Shown here: in pieces, positions 27,901-39,900 of the stretch
Layout: every line of letters starts with the position of its first letter
How positions within the stretch are numbered: the stretch's first letter is position 1
Assembly: GCA_964106915.2 (NCBI GenBank)
Contig: OZ066919.1
Origin: Podarcis gaigeae
Lineage: Eukaryota
Reading direction: 5' to 3' (one strand)
DNA length: 64,000 nt
The notes under the pieces: model-generated
Seen by the model: the letters and a program-made list of their open reading frames with translations, nothing else
The model's database searches: none
Told to the model about the DNA's origin: nothing
Made by a program: the position numbers and the translations under genes

Positions 27901-30900
27901 CCATTATTGAGAGTCCTGAGTCATGCACTTGGAGGAATTATTATTTCACGTGTTGTGCTTTTGTTCCTTTGGAAATTAATATTTAAAAATCCATTCAACC
28001 TATCTGTATTACTTACCCCAGTGCTGTCACCAATCCAGGATAGAGTCACTGAGCCACTGAGATCATTGAAGACACGCTGTAAAAGCAATTAGAAATATAA
28101 TTCAGTCTTGTAGTCTTCCATCCAGTGCCAGAAAGGAAACAGTCTCTCCCAATTTCCCCTTCACTCTAATCATGGTAACAAGCAGTTCCTGGACACAAAT
28201 TTAGGATCTTTATAATCACATTGCCTCATATGTGCCCTATGTGAAAAATAATAGCTTACAGAGCTTCCGGGAACACAGCATACAACCCAGAAGCTGATCC
28301 AACAGCATCTCTGTACTACTATGGTTTAGATTTAATTTCCTATGCAAGGGTTTGAGTGGATGAAATTCTCATAAGGAAATGACCCAAAATAAGCTCTCCT
28401 AGATATGTCTTGCTGGCATTTAATATATTGCCATATGGATCTTCAGTCCTTTTACTCAGGATATCACTGGATTTTTGCTGACTCCATAGAACTGGGGAAG
28501 AGAGTTCATGCAGGGACTCTTCCCAAAATCCTGTTCATAATAAAATCCCTCAAGCTGACATGTCAAGCAATAAGAAAGAGGTGCAGAATATAGTACTGTA
28601 TATAGTTTTGGTCTCTGTAACCCATGAAGGTGTAGCTATCAGCGTAGGAGAGAAACTGGAAGCAGCACTAGCCTCATGGTTTTGTAGAGACTTCCTCAAA
28701 CCAGTCCATGTAATTCTTGGAAATCCCTGAGTATGTTACCACCAGGAGCTTTTGATCACTTTGGTTACTCTTCTATTACAGTGGTACCTTGGGTTAAGTA
28801 CTTAATTCATTCCGGAGGTCCATTCTTAACCTGAAGCACCACTTTAGCTAATGGGACCTCCCGCCGCCGCTGTGCTACCGGAGCACAATTTCTGTTCTCA
28901 TCCTGAAGCAAAGTTCTTAACCCGAGGTACTATTTCTGGATTAGCGGAGTCTGTAACCTGAAGCGTATGTAACCCGAGTTACCACTGTATTATTAATATT
29001 ATTTTATTTATTAAATTTCTGTACTGCCCTTCATCCAAAGATCACATGGTGGTTTACATATATAAAACACATAATGGCTCATTGTCCTACTCAAGGTGCC
29101 TAGCATGATTATTTATTCTATGCTATCTGTATGCCACTGCTAGACCAGAAGACTGAGTTCAGAGTCACACCACACCAAAGAGTCTTGACAGCTCCTGGAC
29201 AAGACCCTGGGGCCATTTAAAAGCTTGAACACCCTTCTTCCATCTTATAGTTCTGTTGGACACCTAGAGCCTCCAGCAAATCATAAATATCCATGCAGTG
29301 GAAGGGCATTAATTAGGCATAAGTTACCCTAAAATAGAATGTCATTTCTTTTCACACATGTATTATTCTTTGACTTTGCAAAATTTTGATTTTGCTTAAA
29401 TGTAGGTGAATGACACATTTAAATTAAGGCTTCCTTCACAGCAATTAAAAAATTACTCCAGTTTAAAATAACAACAACAATGGAGAATAGATGAAAGATT
29501 CAACAGAACTTACTAATGAAGCACCTTTGACACATGTACAAAAGCAAACAGCATTATTCTGTCATGATGTAGCCAAGGCTCAAGCATCATGGTATGCCAA
29601 GTTCAGATTCTTTCCTCCATGGTTTGTTTGCTTTTAAAACTAAAGGAGCCTGCCAGTCTGAGCACATGAAAGGTGTGCTGCTTAACACTTGTCCTTTCTT
29701 AGTTTGAAATCACCTCTCCCAAACTACTTTTTTCAGGCAGAGGACAAAAAGGGAAATAGTCCCATAGTTTCCCTTCCCCACTCCTCTGGGGGGGAAAGCA
29801 GCTTGGAGTGGGCAATTTTGAAGTGAACAGTAGTTAGGCATCTCACTTTTCTACTCAGATACAGCCTTATATATGTATATATAAAATGTCACTAAACACA
29901 GATGAAAGAAATCACAGAACTGCGTTTACATTTTAAAAACTGCTTTTTAATTGTGCTTTTTAATAAAATAATAAAACTATTTTTATGTGTTGGTGGATTA
30001 TTTGGTTGTTTCTGTTTATATTTTGATTGTGTATTTTGTGTTTTTATATTGTAATTTTATTTTGTGAACCACCCTGAGACCTGCAGGTATAAAGCAGTAT
30101 ACAAATTTAATTAATAATAATAATGTAACATGTACTTCAAGCCCAAGTTCCTATACCATTGACCTCCATTGAAACCTGTACCAACACCTGCTTAATAGGG
30201 TCTCAATCAGAATTAATCTTGCACTGTAAGGTTATTACAATAGCACAGGAGACGTTTATGGTTGCAAAGAGATACACCAACCACAATGTGTGTCAAATGT
30301 TAACACAGAAAGCAATACAGTGCAAAATAGATCTTCATAAATGGCCTCACCTTAGAATTTTAAAGGCCACCTCAAATTAAGCTCAAAGTTTCCTGCAGTA
30401 CTGTGAATGCCACAGTGCTTTGTTCACAGCTCAGCAAGCACCTGGAACCCAAAATGTTGAGGGTCTTTCCATTTCCAGTGATCCAACCTTTTTACCTCAT
30501 GTCATCCAATTTTCTTAATATTTTGTACACTTGTTGAATGATTAAAATTACCGTAAGTTTAAATCTAAAATTTTACATTTTTATCTCATACTGTTTTTTT
30601 TTTATTTATGAGGGTTTGAAATTTCAAAAATGTGACAATTTTGGCCTTGCTGGACTACACAAAAAACTTAACAGCTCAGCCCACGACTGAGAGGTGTCAA
30701 AACTAAAAACACTAATTTCTTCAGAACTTCATGGACTTTAATACAATATGTCACATGATGGACTTACTCTAAATTTTAATATTAAGTTACATTTTTTTTC
30801 CAAAGGATTAAATATGAATATGATTACAATTTTTCAATAATTTGTATTGATTATTTAATATTTCTAAGAGCTACCTGCACAATTTCATCTTGGGATATCA

Positions 30901-33900
30901 GTGGGATCACATTAAAAAAATATTTTGTACATACATGTCTGCCTTATTGGGTTCTATTTAAGATGAATGGGTCTTCTTGGAGTAAAATATAACAGAATAT
31001 CACTATAATATCAGCTGCTTCAGGCATTTCTTTAGACAGTTATTCAGTTAAAAGGTGTCTGCAAAGCTAGCCAGGCTGCAGACACTGCTGTAAACTAGAA
31101 AATAGAAGGCTGGCCAACCAAGCCCTGCCTTACCAACTGCATTACTAGGATTATATACTAGAGCTAACCTTAAAAATCTTCCAATATCAGTGCAGATCTG
31201 TGAAAGCAGCCAAAAACATATCATGAAAAAATATGTGTGCTAGAAATGCTGCTTTTCCAGGTCACATTGATTAGAAAGCAAACAAGATGAGCTATTGTGT
31301 TCAAGAATCCAGTTGCAATTGTTGGTTCTCAGGGGAAAAGAGAAAGGACAATAACTACTGCAGACCACAGTGTGTTTTCAAAAATGCTTTCCCTAGGGTC
31401 ACATCCTCAAGTTTTACACAAATAAAACTGGGAGTCAAGTAATAGCTTGCATTGCAACCTGTTAAATATTGAGATATCTGAAATATTCTGAACTTCAGGG
31501 ACAGCATTAGTTTTGAATTTAATAGCAGCTGCTAAGTTATCCATCACTATGAACTGGAAAGATCCTAATCCTTCAGTATTGAGAGAATTCTGTTTAAAGC
31601 CTTGGAACAGTGGCAATGGATAAACTGGTGGAATATATTGTCTGTGTGATAGCAAGCAACACTGAGACTTCAAAAAAACCTGCACCATTACTTTCACAAG
31701 CAATTATTTTAATATAAGAATTGGCATCTACAAGGCTTGTGCTGTTTATTCTTTTCTGTACCAAATCAAAGGTCAGTAGGGAGATACTAGAATATTTTCT
31801 AAATGGTATTTTACAACTTAGATATTAATATGCATGTTGGAGAAGTACAACGTGATGCAGTACCTCAGCTCATAGAGTTGTTGTGGTGTTTTATTTCAAA
31901 GAGAAGTGACAACTGAGTAGGAGGTTTAACCATACACTTTCCCTTTATGACAAGGACAAAGGAACAACTTCACTTGGATGCATGTCCCTGGAGATCCAAT
32001 ATTAACCCCCATTTTTCTGCAGACAAACTGGGATGCTGGAGAGATAATGATCATTTTCAACCATAATGGAAAGCCATAGAATAAACAAACAAGCCTTGAA
32101 TTTCTCTTGTGGTTTGTGTGGAAACAAACCAACAGTCCTGATTCACATGTAGCACTAAGCAGATCACATGATCCACATGCAACACAGTTTCTTTCTTTCT
32201 GGGTTGGTAAAGAAAGGAGGAGGGAAGAGGGTGTGTGACTTAAGCAACGTGTACTAGCACATTGCTCATTCATAGTAAATCCTAGTTTGTTTCAGACTAT
32301 GGCTTACCGCAATATGCAAGTATCAGTTTACTAATTGAACAAAGCATATGTTTTCTACTTTGGTCACACAGTAGCAATGTTATTTGCTATCTTTGAATTT
32401 TGGGTCCAAATATATATTATATTTATTTGTGGTGGAAACCAACTATGTCAAATTCAGAGTAGACCCATTAAAATCAATGGACCTAAGTTAGCAGTTTGTA
32501 ATGATTTCAATAGGGACGCAGGTGGCGCTGTGGGTTAAAGCCTCAGCGCCTAGGACTTGCCGATCGAAAGGTCGGCGGTTCGAATCCCTGCGGCGGGGTG
32601 CGCTCCCGCTGCTCGGTCCCAGCGCCTGCCAACCTAGCAGTTCGAAAGCACCTCCGGGTGCAAGTAGATAAAAAGGGACCGCTTACCAGCGGGAAGGTAA
32701 ACGGCGTTTCCGTGTGCGGCTCTGGCTCGCCAGATGCAGCTTTGTCACGCTGGCCACGTGACCCGGAAGTGTCTCCGGACAGCGCTGGCCCCTGGCCTCT
32801 TGAGTGAGATGGGCGCACAACCCCAGAGTCTGTCAAGACTGGCCTGTACGGGCAGGGGTACCTTTACCTTTACCTTAATGATTTCAATGGATCTACTATG
32901 AGCATGACTTAAGTTGGGTTCAACCCTTAATTTCTTTCCTACCCTTTCTCCCAAAGGAGATTTGCAGTTTATTCTCTCTCTGAAGGAAAGAAACCTTTGG
33001 AAACAACCCATAATTCCAAACCACTTATTTCCAAATTATTTCAACCAGCATCTCTTTCAGAATGTTGTTTGCAACATTAGTCCTATTTTTGGCCTGATGG
33101 TGGAGGAGCAGAGAAAACCATTCCTCCCTTGTTTTTCACCAAGTCTTCATATCTCTACGTCGGACAGCAATTCAGCCATCACTTTCTCCACACAGTGAGG
33201 TAGAAGAGGCACAAACAAGTTTCAGCAAGGCTGGAAACTTCCCAAAACAAAGCATGTGAATCAGAGTCAGCTTTGTATGGCCAAGGCCAGATATGTGCCA
33301 GACTTCCTTGCTGAAATTATTTTACTTTCAAGGTACAGAGCAAGGTTACCAAAAACTGCATCCTGTAATATGCTACGCACAAACAGCAATAAAAGAAAGA
33401 GGTAAGCAAAGAAACTGTATCAGCTATGAAAGCAGAACTGACTGAGAAACTGATCATTAGATGCTAGGGGGTTAAATTACCCTTCTTAGCTATGGAAACA
33501 TGGCTGTAATTAGTAACTAGTCTGAAGAAGGGAGAGGTTGCTAAGAACTATTTGTGTACAAACTGCTCCTTCAGTAAAGACACAGAAGGGGCAATGTCAA
33601 TGCACTTTAATGATTCGAAACCATATCTGGTTCAGAGATATGTTTAGCGATGCTGAGAAGTGTCAAACTACTGACCGAGTTAAAATTAAGAATCAGCAGC
33701 ACAGGAAAACTAGGAAAGCGCTTTCGGTGAAAGAAATGGAACAAGAAAGAAGAATAAAGATAAAATGGATGTTTATTAATTGCACAATAAATTAGACACG
33801 TTCATAAGCAGCATTTGCAGTGTGTGTCTCCTTTGATGTCAGAAACAATACCAATGTTACTCAATGTTACGGCAAAAATCTGGGTGCGAGGCTGCTCTGC

Positions 33901-36900
33901 CACCCAGCTCATCGGACTAAGTCCGTGGGTCCCTGCGGAGGAAAATGAGCTCAGCCGGAGACAGGAGCAAACTGCAGAAGATCCAAGTTTATTGCGCAAC
34001 AGGTTCAAGGCGAGATTGAACAGTGAGAAAGGGGTGACATGAGTTTTTGAAACTCCCTCCATGTCCCAGAATACAGTGCAAAACACGTCATGAATACATT
34101 AAAGAGAGGTTTGGTTACACAGATTACATCATGAATATATTAAAGGGAGGTTGGGTTACACAGATTAACATATGGAGGAGGGAGGGGGGAATATGCAGAG
34201 CTACACCGGATTAACATAAGGAGGAGGGAGGGGGGAATATGCAGAGCTGGAGATATGCACAGATAAACACTTCCTGGGGATGAGAAAACAATAGTCCCAA
34301 ATATGCATAGTCTGCCACCTGACATTGTCTGGAGGAAAGGCTGATCAGAGCAATTTGAAAGGATTAGGGTCTTGACACCTTGCTTGAGGGATTATGCTGG
34401 ACAGGGGAGGTGTGATGGAGTCCTAGAGTAATTGAGCAAACTGGCACGCTGATTTTCTATGAATTTTATAGATTTTAGTCCCTTTTGACATTGACAATTG
34501 GAATAAATGGATATATTGTAGCGAAGAAGAAGGTAAAGAAGACATGCCCCCCCCCTTTCCGTATCACTCAACAATATTTTCACACTTAATGTCCATCACC
34601 AGTTTACAGTCCAAATAATCTGGGATCTTAGCCTTTGCTATAATGGCTAGTTGCCTTCAGACAAACTGAGAATTGCTTGTCAATCAAAACATTCAAGTTA
34701 AACACTTGGAATGTAATACTTCAATTTAAAAGGGCTGTTTCTTTTCCTCCCATATTTTTACTAATCTACCCTTCAAAAATTCAAAAATTAAACATGTCAG
34801 TACAGGAAAACTGAGTTCTTGTATCAGTTACTCAAAATATTTCTGCACTATGCTTCAATCAAAAATTTCCAATAATAAATTAGGATGCTAATCTATTACT
34901 TATAGGTAACAATGGTCATTTCCATATGACCTGTTTATTGAAAATTTATCCTGATTTGCTTGCACAAAACTTGCACAGAGAAGTTATATAGCAGGCATAG
35001 GCAAACTCCAGCCTTCCAGATGTTTAGGACTACAATTCCCATCATCCCTGACCACTGGTTCTGTTAGCTAGGGATGATGGGAATTGTAGTCCCAAACATC
35101 TGGAGGGCCGGAGTTTGCCTATACCTTTTATATAGTGTCTGTACCTTATTGAATATTCATTCTGATTTGTTTGTGTGGAGGCTATATGGAATTCAGTATA
35201 TGATGAGACTTCACCCTGATTTGTTTGTGCAGCGGTAATATGACTTCTCATTAATTGATCATTATCCTTTTTCTGTCACTCTCCTTATCACAAAAAGTTC
35301 AGTTTTCTTTAAAGTGGGTTTGTTGTGTTAATGCACTTTAGTCTACTTTAACTGAGCAAATCTGGTATGTGACTGAATCACCCACAAAATACAGTCTGGA
35401 GGCGACCAGTGGCAAATTATCCCCACAAATCTGGAAAAACTAGCTCCTGCCAGACGTAATTACAGAGGGGCAACAGTGGATCAATCACATCTCAGAGCAC
35501 TCGCTGACTTTCCTAACAGATATTATCTGACCCTACAGGTATGTTATCAGGAGTGTTGTGCCATGAACAATTTCGTGTTGTGAGCCGCCCTGAGATCTAA
35601 AGATATAGGGCGGTATACAAATTTAATTAATTAATTAAATGGAAGGCAGATGGTTCTGTCAGTCCTGTTGGCAACATTCAAAAACAAATTAGGGAAGCTT
35701 CTGACCTAAGTTTGATACGCAAGAAATCAACTGGGCAGTTAAGGACATGTGAGGTCTCCCCAATTATATTTTCAAGAGCTGTCAAATCCATATGTTCCCA
35801 AACAAGATGGATGTCAGCTGAAATCACAGCACCTTTATTTATTTTTTTACAATTTGTATCCCAAAGAGCTTTCAGTTTAGTGGTATTGGCAATTCCAGAC
35901 ACTTAAGTGATCCAGGAGTCTCCAGTTCTAGTAACCGATTCAGCAGGCTTCTGACCATGTTTTTCCGAAAGCCAGCAAGTGGGAAAATACATTAAGCACA
36001 ATTTACATCTCACTGTCTGCCTCAAAGGCTATTTTCAATCAAGACTTGGAGAATATCCACGGTATAGATTGTGCTGTTGCCTCACCACACTCATGAAAAC
36101 ACTCCACATAGAGGCAAAGTCATGTAAAGCACTTGGAGACCTAGTAAGATGGGTCTGTTAATGAAACTTGGGAAACAATTAAGCATAATAAAATTAACTT
36201 TAAGCACTAAAGCTAGTGAAAGGTTTGCAGATGTTATACTGCTGGAACTTGGTAACTCTATGTTAAAGAAAGAATTAGAAATCCCACAGAAGAGAATAGG
36301 TTGCATTTATTCATGATATAGGAAAGTAGTTATTCTATTTATTATCAAGCCCACATACTTTTTATTACTTAATATATTTAATTTGGATTAGAAGATGTCT
36401 TTAATGACCCCTATAAAGCATATATATAATAGAATATATTGTTAATAATTTATTATTAATCATACTGAATTTTATTTTTAACTATTTGTTTTTCAGTTAC
36501 TGATAAATAACAATGTGGAGTACATTGATGTGCAAAAATGCACCAAAATTTTTATTAAAAGGTTAAAAGACATTCCACACAGGAACTAATTTTCCCTCAA
36601 AGATGGTTCCTAACAGTACTGGCAGTTTTAATACTTTGTCCAGTCCACCACCAACTAGCTTCCAACATATTACTTTGCTGTCAAGGTAAATAATCACTAC
36701 CACTTTGAGAGTAATCTGCTCTCCATCACACAACCAAGAGACAGGCAAGGAGAGACTATGGAAATATGCATTTCTGTGGGTGTACAGTAAGAAGAAAGGA
36801 CATAGTAAACATCCCAATATTCAAATACTGAAAACAATGTCTATAAAAAAGTGTCTTCCATTATATGTATCCTATTATTGTAATTAAATGATGTGTGATC

Positions 36901-39900
36901 ATGGACGTAGCCAAGGGGGGCAAAAATTATAGAAAAGCATTGAAAGTACTTCCATTGCCCTCCAAACCAAAGCCTGCCCCAAAAACTTTAGGGGGCGATC
37001 TCCTAACAAAAGCTCAACAATGTTGGCTGCTCCACTGAAGAAGCCAAGAAGGACAAACAAACAGTGAGGGCAGTGGCGTAGCGTGGGGGGTGCAGGGGGG
37101 GTAGGTCACACCGGGCGCAACATCTGGGGGTTAGGGTTAGGGGGCGCAAATCCACGGGTTGGGGGCACAAATTACTTGCCTTGCCCTGGGTGCTGACAAC
37201 CCACACTACACCACTGAGTGAGGGCAACTACACTATCTGGTTTTCCAATGAAGTTCTATCAACATATTTTCTTGGAGGAATATAAACAAAAGAGTGATTA
37301 GATCAGGGGAACTATGCTGGATGCCATCACTTGAAAATGAGGTATTGAAACAACCCCATGTTATCTATTGGGAAGGTTTCTGGTTGGTCCTCGGCTGGGG
37401 GCAAACGCAGCTCAGCGCTGGGGTGACCAGCTTTCCAATGTGCATCTTCTGATTGAGTTCAAACAGTCCCCCAGACATCTGTGTAGTTTCTGATCATGCT
37501 TGCTCCTCCTCCATAACTGTGGGCAAAGTCTGTTCTATGGATAGAGGTGTGGGTGGATTATCTATAGTATCATGTTGATTCGGCATATAGTTGGATCCAG
37601 TCCCTTGGTCTGCAAACACCTTTCTTGGTTGGGTGAGTCTCTTACCGGGGATTCCTCCTGTAGAAAGGCCAGTATCTCCTCTTTCCCAGACCTATCATTG
37701 TTTGTATTCCTGTTGCCCACGTTAGCAGGTTCATGGGGGATTGCCCTAGGCTTGTTCAGGTCACGCATCAAATCTTGAATGCTGTTTGTTATTTCTTTAG
37801 TTTCCTCTACTATGGAGTTAATTGGGGTTGTGTTTATCATTGCTCTTTGCTCAACATTCCTAAGGAGTGGAGATGTCTTTAAAGTAGGGGAGGTAGTGCT
37901 GTACTGTATTATTTATGCAAATTGATTTTCTCTGGAGTTAAAGATCTGACCGGGACAAACCTTGTTATGTTGAGCTCGTATTTTGCACAATTTGTATACG
38001 GTGTCTGTTTGATAATGTGTGGTTTGCTATGCCTAATAAAGGATAACTATTTATTAACAACCCCATGTTTGCACCTAATAGTCACATATCCAGGATCTGA
38101 ATCTTTATCAGCAATGGAGCATGCTAAACCTCTGCATCTAGTAGGAGAGTTTTCTGCAGGCCTTGGGGGTTTCCTGCTTGTGGGTTTCCTCACAGGTATC
38201 TGGTTGGCCATGATCTTGTCTAATCCTTATCTAATAGCTATTAATGACTTGCTCAGTGCTAATTTGCCCAGGTTGTGGACGTGTGGGGGAAATGGTCTTA
38301 TTACGAAATTTAACATTTTTAAGTTTAAAAAAAAGACAGAACTAGAACATCTCAAATTAAATTGAATTTAAGTAAAACTTTGCTTTGTTGCTCTTATGCT
38401 AATTCTGCCTGCTACTTCTCAATAATAAACCACCCTGAGACCTCCAGGTATCGGGCAGTATATAAACTCAATAAATAACAACAGCAATTACGAATACAGT
38501 GGGGAAATTGTTTTAATTCCATTGCATAAAGCCAATACTCTCATCTGGTTTTATAATATTATTGCCCCTCCTTAGCAACACTAATTTATGAGGTTATATA
38601 CTCTGGGAATTAAGCTGTATTTTAATCACATCACCCATTGTGGTACTTACAAGAGCAGATAGTGTGCTGAACAGTCAAGTGACAGCAGTAATGCTACTGT
38701 GCTCCATAATTATGAAAGATTCATTTCTCTCCCACTATAGGCAGGACTAATGTCTCAGTTCCTCACATTTCCACATGAAGATCAGTGATCAAGTGGTAAT
38801 TCACAAGCGAAAACAACGGAACCAAAAATTAGAACAGAAGTCTTGCATTATTTACAAGTTCGAATACTAATTCAAATCAGATACTGCAGTAAAAGGTACA
38901 TTATAGGTGCTGAGAGACATAAATACTGCCTCCAGATCACTGCAACCACAGTGAAGGATTACCTATACAAGAGAGCCCAGCAAGTTTTTATGTAAACCAT
39001 TTTGAGGTTTACAATCAAACAGTATATAAATGTTGTGAAATATGTCCAAAATAAAATACAGTAGTAATGTCTTTAGAAGAGTAGCTACAGAATGGAAGAT
39101 CTACAACAAAACAAACATTTAAAGAATATTGTTGTCATGGATTCTTTACACATACTGCGGATAACTCAGTTAACATTCAGTGAGAAAGGAAAATCACAAC
39201 TTAGCACTTTATTTTGCCAATCACCACAACATTCACAAAGCAGGGCCATTAGCAGCTCAGCTTCACAATGTTTCAGGGACACTAGAGCATATTGTAAAAT
39301 CATGGAGCCTGTTTTAGACCCAACAAAGATAATACTCGTCTAGCAAGGACTAGTGGAGGAATTCCTCTTCAGCTCTACTGAAACAAAGTACCCTATACTG
39401 CTTGCATGCAGCGGGGAGAGATTAGGGTTGCTGGAGTTGCGGTAAAGATGCTAATGCAAAGTGATGGAGTAAATGGTGCCTATAACATCACTACAAACCA
39501 GCTTCTAATATATTTATCTACTCAGAACATTTTTATTATCCGGTCAGTTATTTAAACTGTTTTACTTTTATTCCTTTTCCCTTCTTTAGATGAGTCCACG
39601 TTCCCCAGTGCTCATAGCCAGAACTCCTACAATTAAATTTTCAGCCCTGCAACCTCCCAACAGTTAGTCCCACTCCCATCCATAACATGGAGGAAGGCAA
39701 GAACATTGTTTGGTAATACAGATAGCACTAGTAAAGTGCTAAAAGCACTAGTAAAGTTCCTATTCCTATAGGAAAGAACCTTCATCTAAAAGGCCAATAG
39801 TGTTAGAATAGATCAGCAAGATATCCTTGACCAGATTCTTTCGCCCAAACCCTTCATATCAAATGTTTGCCAGCATCACTTCCAATGCCTCAAATGAGGT

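Noticed and set aside
32513-32600. tRNA-like A and B boxes (also near 46180 and 61250-61336)
   Set aside because: These are SINE heads followed by SINE body and tail; no complete cloverleaf, so not tRNA genes
37126-37145. Interstitial telomere or chromosome fusion site
   Set aside because: Only two hexamers, and they sit inside a TSD-flanked MITE
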